64,000 bases of DNA from Patescibacteria group bacterium (GCA_028718605.1 JAQULM010000002.1:321776-385775); one strand, 5' to 3'; shown: positions 37,906 through 48,121, counted from the stretch's first letter. Made by a program: numbers and translations. Notes: generated by a model from the sequence alone, not told the origin.

Positions 37906-39131
37906 TTTGGGCAAATTTTTTCCATATTTACCAGCCGCCGAATTGGCCACCCGCAATCATAAAAAAGGTTGCGGACGAAAGCTATCGTCCGTTTCTTGAT
38001 ATCCTGAAACGCCACCCGTCCCTCAAGGTTACGCTGAATATTTCTGGCTCACTTACCGAGCAGCTCGCCCAGCACAAGCTCCACGACATTATACTGGACA
38101 TCAAACGTCTCGCGACACTCAAGCAGATAGAATTCACCGGCACGGCGATCTACCACCCAATATTGCCGCTGATCCCCACTGAGGAAATCGTTCGGCAAAT
38201 TGAGTTGAATACGGCGGTGAACCAGAAATATTTCGGCCATATATACAAACCGACGGGCTTCTATCCGCCGGAAATGGCGTACGGACGCAAAGCCGCGCTC
38301 ACCATTCAGCCTCTCGGCTTCAAGTGGATCATCGCTGACGAAATAAGCAGCGCCGGAAAACTCGGCCGCACCAGATTCGACCGCCGATACCATATCATCA
38401 ACACGTCCATCGACATTATTTTCAGGAATCGCGCGATTAGCGATTACTTCGCTTTCCATGCAAACCCGAGCAACCCGGGAGGATTCTGGGATGCTATCCG
38501 CGACGATAACCGCAGTGCGCAGGCGCTTGTTACCGGAATGGACGGTGAAAACCTTGGCCACCACCGAAAGGGATGGGATGCTTTTTGGGAACAGCTGGTC
38601 ACTGCCCAACGCGTACAGACAGTCACGATAAGCGAGCTTCTTGCGCGGTACCAAAAAAGAGAAACCATCAGTCCGCGCCGCGCAAGCTGGTCTTCCCAGG
38701 AACGCGAAATCGAACAAGGAAGCCCCTATGTACTCTGGGATGACCCCCATAATCCAATCCACGAACTGCAGTGGCGGCTTCTCAGGCATGTTACTTCGCT
38801 CGTCGAGGAGCAGAAACAGAACCCGCTCTATATGAAAGCCCGGGAATTGCTTGATCGCCAGCTCTCCTCGGACCAATTTTGGTGGGCATCGGCAAAACCG
38901 TGGTGGAGTCTCGACATTATCAAGCGTGAAACAAAGGAGCTCGTCCGTATTGCCCAATATATTAATGAGAAAGACACGCTGACGTACGAATTGTCCCATA
39001 TGATACTCACAACCGCCAAGTCGTGGCAAGATGAAAATAAATTCGAAATAACCGCCAACGAATACCTCAATGCGAATGGGGACACCGGTGTCCGGTATAT
39101 CGGCGGCCGGATGATATCTGCGAATAAATAA
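37902..39131 (+). CDS. GH57-family alpha-glucan-active enzyme (branching enzyme / amylase-like). It overlaps the glgA stop in an ATGA arrangement.
   Basis: MIWANFFHIYQPP... start, and catalytic-region motifs GDGENLGHHRKGWDAF. Confidence 0.7.
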   Translation: MIWANFFHIYQPPNWPPAIIKKVADESYRPFLDILKRHPSLKVTLNISGSLTEQLAQHKLHDIILDIKRLATLKQIEFTGTAIYHPILPLIPTEEIVRQIELNTAVNQKYFGHIYKPTGFYPPEMAYGRKAALTIQPLGFKWIIADEISSAGKLGRTRFDRRYHIINTSIDIIFRNRAISDYFAFHANPSNPGGFWDAIRDDNRSAQALVTGMDGENLGHHRKGWDAFWEQLVTAQRVQTVTISELLARYQKRETISPRRASWSSQEREIEQGSPYVLWDDPHNPIHELQWRLLRHVTSLVEEQKQNPLYMKARELLDRQLSSDQFWWASAKPWWSLDIIKRETKELVRIAQYINEKDTLTYELSHMILTTAKSWQDENKFEITANEYLNANGDTGVRYIGGRMISANK

Positions 39132-39145
39132 TTAATACTACGATC

Positions 39146-40525
39146 ATGTACTGGGCGAATTTTTTACACATTTACCAGCCCCCAACCCAGAAAGAATACT
39201 GGGTGAAGAAAATCGCGAACGAAAGCTACCGCAAGCTGATCAAGGGCTTCACGGAAAATCCCCATGCGAAAGCAACGTTGAATATCAACGCAGGCTTAAC
39301 CGAACTCTTCGCAAAGTATGCTTGCCGCGACGTCATCGCCGGCATACGGATGCTGGCAGAACGCGGCCAGATCGAGCTCACCGCGAGCGCAAAATACCAC
39401 CCCTTCCTCCCCATGATGCCCAAGGATGAAATCGTCCGTCAGATCGAGTTGAATACTGCAACAAACCGCCGCTATTTTGGCTCCGCATACAAACCGACGG
39501 GGTTCTTCCCGCCGGAAATGGCGTACAACCGTAACGTTGCCGATGTCATTGCAGGCCAGGGGTACCGCTGGCTCATCCTCGATGAGCTTGCTTTCTCGGG
39601 AAAAATTAAAGACATCGACTGGACAAAAACCTACACAGTGCGCGGGCATGACAATCTCCACGTTTTCTTCCGCGAGCGTGAAGCGAGCTTCCGTATACTG
39701 TCCGCCGAAATCGGGATGAGCATCTTCTCGGGCAGCATGCTCATCAAGCTCCTCGGAGAGCGCGTTCATAACAAGGAATACCTTATCACCGCCATGGACG
39801 GAGAAACATTCGGCCACCACCGGCCGGGCCTTGAATACCTCCTCTTTGACCTCTATAAGACGAAAGAATTGCAGCCCGTTACGATTTCCGAACTCACGGC
39901 GTTCTTTCCCGCATCGGCAGCCATCGAGCCGCGGCCGTCGTCATGGGCACTGATGATGAAAGACATCGAACGCAACACGCCATTTTCACGGTGGAACGAC
40001 AAACACAACACCATCCATGCGATGCAATGGCAGCTCACGAATCTCGCCATACAGAGCATCAAGCGACTGAAAAAAACGTTCAAGCGGTACCCGCGCGTCC
40101 GCCATGACCTGGATCGCGCGCTCCACTCCGACCAATACTGGTGGGCCTCGGCGATGCCGTGGTGGAGCATCGAAATGATCGAAGCGGGAGCGAAGGACCT
40201 CCGCGACGTCATACTCGAATCCCCGGTCAGCAAAACAACAAAAGCTAAAGCGCAACAGTTATACCAAAACATCCTCTTTACAGCTTTTGACTGGCAACGG
40301 TCAGGCAAGGTTGATGTGCTGGCAAAATCGGCTGACGAGGACGTTACACAGCGTATTACCACTGATATTCCGTACATACCGGAGGCAGAATTCAACAGCA
40401 TCATCGCGAACCTTGAGAAACAGATGCATGAGGCGGCAAGTTCCCAAGAGTACGAACGCGCCGCGCAAATCAGAAATCGCGTCAACGAACTCAAGGAAAA
40501 GAAAGATCAAATTACGAAGCGTTAA
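39146..40525 (+). CDS. GH57-family enzyme, tandem paralog, with a C-terminal UVR (UvrB/UvrC-type) motif.
   Basis: MYWANFLHIYQPP, then TAMDGETFGHHRPG. The C-terminal EYERAAQIRNRVNELKEKK matches the UVR domain. Confidence 0.7.
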   Translation: MYWANFLHIYQPPTQKEYWVKKIANESYRKLIKGFTENPHAKATLNINAGLTELFAKYACRDVIAGIRMLAERGQIELTASAKYHPFLPMMPKDEIVRQIELNTATNRRYFGSAYKPTGFFPPEMAYNRNVADVIAGQGYRWLILDELAFSGKIKDIDWTKTYTVRGHDNLHVFFREREASFRILSAEIGMSIFSGSMLIKLLGERVHNKEYLITAMDGETFGHHRPGLEYLLFDLYKTKELQPVTISELTAFFPASAAIEPRPSSWALMMKDIERNTPFSRWNDKHNTIHAMQWQLTNLAIQSIKRLKKTFKRYPRVRHDLDRALHSDQYWWASAMPWWSIEMIEAGAKDLRDVILESPVSKTTKAKAQQLYQNILFTAFDWQRSGKVDVLAKSADEDVTQRITTDIPYIPEAEFNSIIANLEKQMHEAASSQEYERAAQIRNRVNELKEKKDQITKR

Positions 40526-40528
40526 CGT

Positions 40529-41524
40529 ATGGCATCACAACGATATGCGCCATCTCGGCTCCGGGAACGGCAGCGCGGCCTGGCAATTATCCGGCAGGTT
40601 ATCGCTTCACAGAATTTTCGCACTGATAAAAAAATCAAGTTCGGCGACCGCTATTACATTGCAGAAGGTTCGCTGCGAAGCACCCCGGCGCTCTTTAAAT
40701 CCTGTATCTTCCCCCCATCCTTCGACCACCTCACGCACCAAAAGTTCTCGCGGGAAATTATCTTTCTGACATTCGTCAAGCGTTCACACTTCAACGCCCT
40801 CAAGCGCGCAGTCCCGTACGTGTATGCCTCATCAGTCAGCCACCGCGCATGGTATATCCGTGAGTACTTTGGCGGAATCCGGCAAAATATTCACGATGGG
40901 AATATCCGCTTTCGGCCGTCCTTTTTCACGCCGGCATCGCTCCGCTGGGTGCTCAATACGTTCTTCGAGCTACAATCGATCCGCGAGCAGGACTTGCCGG
41001 ACCGTTTTAAAAAACTGCTTTACGCGCCCCAAACGTTCGCATATCTGTGGCGCTTTGTCAGGCCGTTTCGCCAGCACGTTGATGCGTTTACCCGCATACC
41101 TAACGCAAGCCAGCGCGCCTTCGCGGTATTACGCGCCCACAACACCCTCGCAGCTCGCTTTCCGCGAGTTTTAGCGCACCAGGAACCGTATGCGCCCCAC
41201 ATCCTAAAAACGGGCGCTTCGTATCGGCTCATTGACTGGGAAAATATCGGCTGGGCGTCCATCATGAAAGACTTTGTAACGATATGGATGCGTGCATCGA
41301 GTAATCCAGCATGGCAACGCGCCTTGTACCATCGCTTAAAACGGCGGTATGGCTCGTACGCGGGGTTCAATAATCTCTGGTCATCAACCGTGTTGCTTCA
41401 ATCAGTATTCAATACCATTGGCTATCATTTTTACCCAGACAAAAAAGATTTCGCCGAGCTTGGGAAATTTTCTGCACAGAAAATCCGGGAGATCCTCGCC
41501 AACAATTTCCGGATGTATAATTAA
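40529..41524 (+). CDS. Hypothetical protein, with possible protein-kinase-like / APH-type phosphotransferase fold remnants.
   Basis: Only weak motif hints (LIDWENIGW). No clear HxDxxxxN catalytic loop. Confidence 0.3.
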   Translation: MASQRYAPSRLRERQRGLAIIRQVIASQNFRTDKKIKFGDRYYIAEGSLRSTPALFKSCIFPPSFDHLTHQKFSREIIFLTFVKRSHFNALKRAVPYVYASSVSHRAWYIREYFGGIRQNIHDGNIRFRPSFFTPASLRWVLNTFFELQSIREQDLPDRFKKLLYAPQTFAYLWRFVRPFRQHVDAFTRIPNASQRAFAVLRAHNTLAARFPRVLAHQEPYAPHILKTGASYRLIDWENIGWASIMKDFVTIWMRASSNPAWQRALYHRLKRRYGSYAGFNNLWSSTVLLQSVFNTIGYHFYPDKKDFAELGKFSAQKIREILANNFRMYN

Positions 41525-41533
41525 CGCCTCCCT

Positions 41534-42415
41534 ATGAGACAGTTTATCGACCTCCACGTGCACTCACACTATTCTGAGGGCGATTACTCCGTCAATGAGC
41601 TGCTCCAGCGCGCGCAATCAGAAAACATTTCAGCGCTGGCACTCGCTGACCACAATACAATCGCAGGCATTCAGGAACTATTGACCGAGGCACCACGCGC
41701 CGGAATCAAGGCAATTGTCGGCATTGAGCTCTATGTACATCATAACAGCCGGCAGCTGCATATCCTCGGGTATAATTTCAGCACAACAAACGCCGCTCTA
41801 GCATCCTCCCTGGCAGCGCTGCGGAAAGACAATGCTCGCAATGTCACACGCTCCATACACAGCCTTGAGGAACAAGGGTATACTATCAGCGAGGAGGCGA
41901 TTCTCGCCCTTCCATCCCAATCCATCGGAGTTATCCATTTGCTCCGCGAATTAGAAAGTTTCGAGGCAAACCGGGTAAAAATGCAGGCAGCGCTCCCTGC
42001 AGAAAAACAAACGTTTTTCGAAAAAATCAGTTACTTGTTCGGATTCCATGCTCCCGCGCATTTCCCCGTTTCAGCCCTTCCCGCAGGCGATGCAATCAAG
42101 CTCATTCATGGCGCGGGGGGCAGTGCGGTACTCGCCCACCCCGGACAACAATTAACGCACGCGGACGACTCACTGATCCGGAACCTGGCGCGCTTAGGCC
42201 TTGACGGCCTCGAAGTGCTCTCCCCGTACCATACCTGGCACCAAATTGAATACTACCAGCACCTCGCTCAAGAGCTCAAGCTACTGATGACTGGCGGCAG
42301 CGACTTCCACGGGGACTTTCCTGCTAACAAGCAAGGTTTCCTCAAAAGCCAGCTCGATTACTTCAAGATTCCAGTGTCTTTCCTGAATGGACTGACCACG
42401 CCCGGTACTCAATAA
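41534..42415 (+). CDS. PHP-domain metal-dependent phosphoesterase.
   Basis: IDLHVHSHYSEGD ... LADHNTIAG, with a later HGDFPANKQGF. Confidence 0.75.
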   Translation: MRQFIDLHVHSHYSEGDYSVNELLQRAQSENISALALADHNTIAGIQELLTEAPRAGIKAIVGIELYVHHNSRQLHILGYNFSTTNAALASSLAALRKDNARNVTRSIHSLEEQGYTISEEAILALPSQSIGVIHLLRELESFEANRVKMQAALPAEKQTFFEKISYLFGFHAPAHFPVSALPAGDAIKLIHGAGGSAVLAHPGQQLTHADDSLIRNLARLGLDGLEVLSPYHTWHQIEYYQHLAQELKLLMTGGSDFHGDFPANKQGFLKSQLDYFKIPVSFLNGLTTPGTQ

Positions 42416-42428
42416 TTAACCTCTTACC

Positions 42429-43937
42429 ATGAGCATCCGAAAAGTTCTCTTCATCGCGTCCGAACTGACCCCCCTCGCAAAAGTCGGCGGCCTTGCCGAT
42501 GTCGTCGGCGCCCTGCCAAAAGCGCTCGCCGCGCTCGGCATCGACGTGCGCATTGCCATCCCGAAATACGGCGTCATCGATGACAAAAAGTATGCGACAA
42601 AAAAAATCGCGAGCGGCATCACGGTGCCATTCAATGGCAAAAAAGAACTCGTCACCGTCTTCGAAACCGCGCTTCCCAGCAGTACCGTGCCTGTATACCT
42701 CATCGAAAACAAGCGGTACCTCGGCGAAAACGGCATTTACTTCGAAACGCTCCAGCTTGCTGATTCAGCCCAACGGGAAATTGAGCGGTTTACGTTCTTC
42801 GCGCGTTCCAGCCTTGCAATGTTCCCTGCATTGTCATGGAAACCGGACATCATCCATTGCCACGACTGGCATGTTGGCATCCTCCCGCTGCTCATGAAGC
42901 TTTTAGCAAAAACTGACTCGCTGTATCGTTCAATAAAAACACTTTTTACCATTCATAATCTTGAATTCCAGGGATTGTTTGATTCTCGAATCGTCATGGA
43001 AGGGCTCGGTATCTCTACAAAAGACTGTCCGTCACTCCTGATGCGAAATGACGGAAAAATCAACCTCGTTCAGCAGGCAATCGCCGCAAGTGATTTTATC
43101 AACGCCGTGAGTCCAACATACCGGAATGAAATCCTGACCCCGGAGTTTGGCGCCGGGCTGGAAAAAGACCTCCAGGGGCGCGAGCATGAATTAGCCGGCA
43201 TCCTGAATGGAATCGACGCCGATCGTTTTAATCCCGCAACCGATCCTTATATTGTAAAAAATTTCTCTGCTGATGACCTGGCGGGCAAGCGCCAGTGCAA
43301 GCTCCACGTCCAAAAACGGTGCGGCTTGCCGGAGCGCGACGATATCCCGCTCATTGGCATCGTATCGCGAATAACTGACCAGAAGGGGTTTGACCTCGTC
43401 TATGATGCAATCAAAACGACGCTCCACAATAACACACAACTCGCCATTCTTGGCACGGGTGACCCGAAACTTGAGGAGCTTATGGAATCGCTTGAATCCA
43501 AGCACCCGCATAACGTTTCATCCAATATTGAATTCAATGCGGCGCTCGCGCAACAAATCTATGCCGGTTCGGATATTTTCCTCATGCCATCACGCTTCGA
43601 ACCATGCGGCCTCGGCCAGATGATTGCCATGCGCTACGGCACCGTTCCAGTGGTCCGGGCAACGGGCGGGCTCCGCGATTCGGTCGCCGATTATAACAAT
43701 GCGAGTGGCGCAGGAGACGGATTTGTATTTGAAGAATACAAAAGTTCAGCGCTTAAAAAAGCGCTGCAGCGCGCACTTACCTTGTACCGCGACGAAAAAG
43801 CATGGTACACTCTAGTTGTCCGCCTGATGAAAAAAGACTTTTCCTGGAATAATTCGGCGCGCCAGTACGCCGCACTCTACAATCGGCTTATAATCGACTC
43901 CCATGGCAAAAAAAATTCCTCGACCGACAACGGTTAA
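42429..43937 (+). CDS. glgA: Glycogen synthase paralog (GT5).
   Basis: KVLFIASELTPLAKVGGLADVVGALPKAL. Confidence 0.8.
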   Translation: MSIRKVLFIASELTPLAKVGGLADVVGALPKALAALGIDVRIAIPKYGVIDDKKYATKKIASGITVPFNGKKELVTVFETALPSSTVPVYLIENKRYLGENGIYFETLQLADSAQREIERFTFFARSSLAMFPALSWKPDIIHCHDWHVGILPLLMKLLAKTDSLYRSIKTLFTIHNLEFQGLFDSRIVMEGLGISTKDCPSLLMRNDGKINLVQQAIAASDFINAVSPTYRNEILTPEFGAGLEKDLQGREHELAGILNGIDADRFNPATDPYIVKNFSADDLAGKRQCKLHVQKRCGLPERDDIPLIGIVSRITDQKGFDLVYDAIKTTLHNNTQLAILGTGDPKLEELMESLESKHPHNVSSNIEFNAALAQQIYAGSDIFLMPSRFEPCGLGQMIAMRYGTVPVVRATGGLRDSVADYNNASGAGDGFVFEEYKSSALKKALQRALTLYRDEKAWYTLVVRLMKKDFSWNNSARQYAALYNRLIIDSHGKKNSSTDNG

Positions 43938-44871
43938 AATCCACGAATCAAAAAGTGAAATTCGCATTGACGAAATCCACGATCGTTATATTATCGTTGC
44001 GCCGAAACGCTCCATGCGCCCGCATGACGTTGCCCAGCATCAGGAAGTTCCCGTGAAATCAAAAGATTGCCCATTCTGCCGGGAAACCGAAATGATGTCC
44101 CAGCCCCCGCTGTACCTCGAGGGTCCGGACAATTGGTGGGAAATTAAAGTAATTAAAAACGTCTTCCCCTTCGTCAGCCCGGGCAATCCCAAAGCGTACG
44201 GACACCAAGAGGTAATTATCGAAACTCCCCACCACAACAAGGAAATGGCTGAATTCAGCGACTCGCACGTCTATCGAGTGCTGAAGGCATACGCTGCCCG
44301 CACCAAAGCATTGTCCCGGGATAAAAAAATAAAATACATTATCATCTTTAAAAACCACGGCGGCAAAGCGGGCGCCTCGCTCGTCCATGCACATTCTCAA
44401 ATTCTTGCAACCGGGTTCGTACCGAGCCATATTATCAATAAGCTTGCGCGAGCCGAAGAATACCTCATTGAACATGGCATATCATACTACGCAAAACTCG
44501 CGCAAACTGAAGCAAAGGGGCCCCGGTGCATCATGACAAATAAATACCTCACGGTATTCTGCCCGTATGCCTCCTCATACAACTATGAAGTGTGGATCGT
44601 CCCGCACCGGCAAGTGGACAACATTACCCTCCTCGAAGAAGAGGAATTAAAAGCAGTCGCCCATGCACTGAAACTGATCATCAAGAAGGTAAACGAGCTT
44701 GGCCTGCCCTATAACTATTACATGCACCAAACAATCACTGAGCCCAATGAATACTTCTACCTCCGTATTTGCCCCCGCCGCGACACGTGGGCTGGGGTTG
44801 AACTTGGATCGCGCGTGGTCATCAATAGTGTCGCGCCGGAAGAAGCGGCAAAATTTTATCGCAGGCGGTAG
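43903..44871 (+). CDS. Galactose-1-phosphate uridylyltransferase (GalT)-like HIT-superfamily nucleotidyltransferase (possible NDP-sugar phosphorylase).
   Basis: Zn-knuckle CPFC, and an HxHxQ active-site pattern VHAHSQI. Confidence 0.6.
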   Translation: MAKKIPRPTTVKIHESKSEIRIDEIHDRYIIVAPKRSMRPHDVAQHQEVPVKSKDCPFCRETEMMSQPPLYLEGPDNWWEIKVIKNVFPFVSPGNPKAYGHQEVIIETPHHNKEMAEFSDSHVYRVLKAYAARTKALSRDKKIKYIIIFKNHGGKAGASLVHAHSQILATGFVPSHIINKLARAEEYLIEHGISYYAKLAQTEAKGPRCIMTNKYLTVFCPYASSYNYEVWIVPHRQVDNITLLEEEELKAVAHALKLIIKKVNELGLPYNYYMHQTITEPNEYFYLRICPRRDTWAGVELGSRVVINSVAPEEAAKFYRRR

Positions 44872-44904
44872 CCTTACAACAAACCAGCTCCCCTCTATAA
44901 CAAC

Positions 44905-44928
44905 AGCCCCGCGAACGGGGCTTGTTTT
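44905..44928 (+). terminator. Rho-independent terminator: agccccg-cgaa-cggggct, then TGTTTT.
   Basis: 7-bp perfect stem, a GNRA-like loop and a T-tract after the GalT-like gene. Confidence 0.6.
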
Positions 44929-44950
44929 GATGCAACGACCCTCACGACCA

Positions 44951-45910
44951 TTATTTAACGCCTTCGCTCAGAGGCACGATCGAATACCCGGCCTGCTCTA
45001 TCTGCGCCAGCACCCGGTCGAGCACGGCGCCTGTTAATGTATCGCCGACATGCATCAAATAAATATTCCCCGGCGCAAGTTTTGAAAGTATGCGGTCTTG
45101 TACCTGCGCTGCGGTCATGCCCTCGCTTTCTTGCCAATCAAGCGCATCGACCGTCCAAAAAACTGAACGATACCCAGCAGCCGACGCAACCTCAAGCACG
45201 TGACTCGTGCGATCCCCATATGGCGGCCGAAAGTACGGTTTCGTTGAGGTGCCGGTAATGCGCTCAATGATAGCCTCCGTCTCGCTCAATTCTGCGCGAA
45301 TGTCTTCATCGTTCAACGTTGGCAGGTGGGGGTGCGAATAGGTATGGTTAAACATCTCATGGCCAGCTTCGGCAATCGCTCGAACGGAGTCTTCGTTTTT
45401 TTCTGCCCACTTCCCGGTGAGAAAAAATGATGCGGTAATGCCATGCTCCCCGAGCGTTTCAAGGATGGCTCCGATTGACTGATTGCCAGACCCGGCGTCA
45501 AACGTAAATATAACCTGCTGCTTTGTGTCATCGCCACGCACAATTTCCGGGCCGGTGCTCGTTTGGGTTGCGGGGGCAACGACCGGTTCTGTATTGACGA
45601 CGGTCACTTCTGGTTCGGTGGCGGGAACTTCTTGGTCCGCGCCTTGCCCATTGGTACTATTCATGGGCGGCAAACTATTGTCCAATGCATTGGTGGTGCT
45701 GTGATTGCTGGTGGATGTATTCTCGCTGATGGGAGTACGCACGCTTCCCGAGAGCTTCAAAATCATAATACATGCGCCGATGCAAAAAACAATTGCAGCT
45801 GCTGCAACAAGTTTTGTTCTTCGCGGCGTCGGTTTCCGGGACCACGAGGATGGCCACAATGATCGTGGCGGCACCCGACGCTGTGGCGCTCGCCCGTATG
45901 AACGTATCAT
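44951..45910 (-). CDS. Polysaccharide deacetylase (CE4 / NodB domain) with an N-terminal TM anchor and a Ser/Thr-rich linker.
   Basis: FTFDAGSG ... TASFFLTGKWAE ... HEMFNHTYSHP is the NodB motif set. Confidence 0.75.
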   Translation of the reverse strand: MIRSYGRAPQRRVPPRSLWPSSWSRKPTPRRTKLVAAAAIVFCIGACIMILKLSGSVRTPISENTSTSNHSTTNALDNSLPPMNSTNGQGADQEVPATEPEVTVVNTEPVVAPATQTSTGPEIVRGDDTKQQVIFTFDAGSGNQSIGAILETLGEHGITASFFLTGKWAEKNEDSVRAIAEAGHEMFNHTYSHPHLPTLNDEDIRAELSETEAIIERITGTSTKPYFRPPYGDRTSHVLEVASAAGYRSVFWTVDALDWQESEGMTAAQVQDRILSKLAPGNIYLMHVGDTLTGAVLDRVLAQIEQAGYSIVPLSEGVK

Positions 45911-47109
45911 TCCTTATTGATTACCAAGCGGACAAACTTTCGCTTTCCAGCGCGGAGCACCATCCCTGATGCGACACGAACTTTTTTCTTCCAGTCAGTA
46001 ATAAGCATGCTATCGAATTCCACGGCGCCCTGCTCAATAAGCCTGCGGGCGTCACTTTTTGATTTTGCCAAGCCAGTCTCCACGAGCGTATCAACCAAAG
46101 AAAAACTGCCAGCTTTCTTTATCGCATACTCTGGAATATCCTGGGGCGCCTGTTTTCCCTGAAACACCCGAGCAAACTCTTTTTCGGCTTCATCAGCCGC
46201 ACGCACGCTATGGTACAGCTTGACCAGCGACCACGCAAGTTTCGCCTTATACGCTCTCGGATTTTCACCGGCAGCCATGGCGTTTTGGTACTCGCTAATT
46301 TCAGCCATCGGCGTATCCGTCAGGGTTGTGAAATACTTTATTATTAACGTATCGGGAATAGACATAAGCTTTCCGTACATTTCACGCGGTTCATCATCGA
46401 GGTCAATGGTATTGCCAATGCTCTTGCTCATTTTGCTCTTGCCGTCCGTGCCCTCGATGAGCTGCACGGTAATAATATCTTGCGGTTCTTGGTTATAGTG
46501 GGGTTGAATAGTCCTTGCGGCGAGGACATTAAACGTCTGGTCGGTTCCTCCGAGCTCGACGTCTGCTTGAAGCGCCACTGAATCGTATCCCTGCAATAAG
46601 GGGTAAAGCAGTTCATGAATCCACAGCGGTTTCCCGGACTTCATTCTTTTCTGAAACATATCCCGCTCAAGCATTTGGTTCACCGAAAACCAGCTCGCGA
46701 GCTGAAACAGCTCAGCGAAATCCATATTTGCGTGCCATTCCGCATTATGGCGCATCGTAACGTTTTCGAGGTCCAGTACCTTCCCAATCTGCGCTCGGTA
46801 CAGCTTCATATTATGTTCAATCTCCTTCGGCGTGAGCGGTTTTCGGGCAGAGAGGCGATCGGACGGGTCCCCAATGCGGGCGGTAAAATCACCAATTAAA
46901 AAAATAATCTGATGCCCAAGTTCCTGAAACTGCCGAAGCTTGCGGAGCGCAACGGTATGCCCGAGGTGGAGGCGGGGAGATGTCGGGTCGATGCCAAGCT
47001 TCACTTTCAGCGGTGTGCCTGATTGAAGCTTACGTTCAAGGTCCTTCCGGACGATTACATCAACGACGCCCCTCGTTAATAATTCTTCAATTTCTGCCTT
47101 TTTATCCAT
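45907..47109 (-). CDS. tyrS: Tyrosine--tRNA ligase.
   Basis: HLGH-type motif (RLHLGHTVAL) and KMSKS (KMSKSIGN), with a C-terminal S4-like domain. Confidence 0.9.
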   Translation of the reverse strand: MDKKAEIEELLTRGVVDVIVRKDLERKLQSGTPLKVKLGIDPTSPRLHLGHTVALRKLRQFQELGHQIIFLIGDFTARIGDPSDRLSARKPLTPKEIEHNMKLYRAQIGKVLDLENVTMRHNAEWHANMDFAELFQLASWFSVNQMLERDMFQKRMKSGKPLWIHELLYPLLQGYDSVALQADVELGGTDQTFNVLAARTIQPHYNQEPQDIITVQLIEGTDGKSKMSKSIGNTIDLDDEPREMYGKLMSIPDTLIIKYFTTLTDTPMAEISEYQNAMAAGENPRAYKAKLAWSLVKLYHSVRAADEAEKEFARVFQGKQAPQDIPEYAIKKAGSFSLVDTLVETGLAKSKSDARRLIEQGAVEFDSMLITDWKKKVRVASGMVLRAGKRKFVRLVINKE

Positions 47110-47212
47110 AGTCTCCCGTATCCTTTTTAAACCAACGACTGCCTACAGTATACCGCACTTTCCTCATTATGAAAAAGACAAAACACGCCCATTCTGCTAT
47201 ACTATCGATACT

Positions 47213-48112
47213 ATGGCTACTGGCATACTCGGTCTCGATATCGGCGGCACAAAAATTCAAATCGGCCTTGTCAGCGACCGGCATAGGGTCATTCGCAGTG
47301 GGCGATTTTTAATCGATCCGAAAAACGCTACGACTGCGCTCGCGAGTATCAAGAAAGCCATAACTATATTCAGGCCAACAGCATTCAAGGCGATCGGGAT
47401 TGGGATTACTGGCCTTGTTGATCATGCTCGTGGCATTTCGATCATGAGCCCAAATCTTCCCAGGACATGGCACCGCGTCCCCCTGAAAAAACTTTTTGAA
47501 CGCCGCTACCATGTACCGGTCGCCGTTGATAACGACGCGCACTGCATTGCCCTTGCTGATGCGCTGGTCGGAGATGGGAAAAAATACCAAACCGTTTTTT
47601 CAATTACCATCGGGACGGGAATTGGGGCCGGCCTCGTTGTGGGAAAACGCCTCTACCGGGGCGCGCAAAATTCAGTCGAGTTCGGCCATACTATCATCGC
47701 CCAAGACTCGCCGCCCTGCAGCTGCGGTAAGCGCGGCCACCTTGAAGCACTCGTTTCCGGGCGCGCGATGGTCAACCTGTACCGGCAGCGCACAGGAAAA
47801 ACGCTCACTACATACGGCATTGTTGCTGCGGCTGCAGCTCGGCAGCGTGACGCGGTATTTACCGTCAAAACCATGTCAAACTTTCTTTCCCATGGCTTCG
47901 CAAATGCCATTCATGCGTATAATCCGGAAATAATTGTCGTGGGTGGCGGGCTTTCACAAATTCCCCGGTTGGTTCAGAATGCCGTACGGGCAACCCGCCA
48001 GCTGCTCCTTTCCCCTGAGTTACGCACTGTCCGTATCGTGCGCTCCAGTCTCTGCCAGGATGCCGGCGTTATCGGCGCAGCCTTGCTCGCACAACAAAAA
48101 TTCAAGGTTTAG
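47213..48112 (+). CDS. ROK-family glucokinase.
   Basis: ILGLDIGGTKIQIGLV. Zn-binding CSCGKRGHLEA. Length about 300 aa. Confidence 0.8.
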   Translation: MATGILGLDIGGTKIQIGLVSDRHRVIRSGRFLIDPKNATTALASIKKAITIFRPTAFKAIGIGITGLVDHARGISIMSPNLPRTWHRVPLKKLFERRYHVPVAVDNDAHCIALADALVGDGKKYQTVFSITIGTGIGAGLVVGKRLYRGAQNSVEFGHTIIAQDSPPCSCGKRGHLEALVSGRAMVNLYRQRTGKTLTTYGIVAAAAARQRDAVFTVKTMSNFLSHGFANAIHAYNPEIIVVGGGLSQIPRLVQNAVRATRQLLLSPELRTVRIVRSSLCQDAGVIGAALLAQQKFKV

Positions 48113-48121
48113 TTTCCTCCC

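Noticed and set aside
36567-40494. Multiple 100-326 aa antisense ORFs opposite glgA and the two GH57 genes
   Set aside because: Embedded in genes with unambiguous family motifs. The reverse frames of GC-biased codons stay open by chance.
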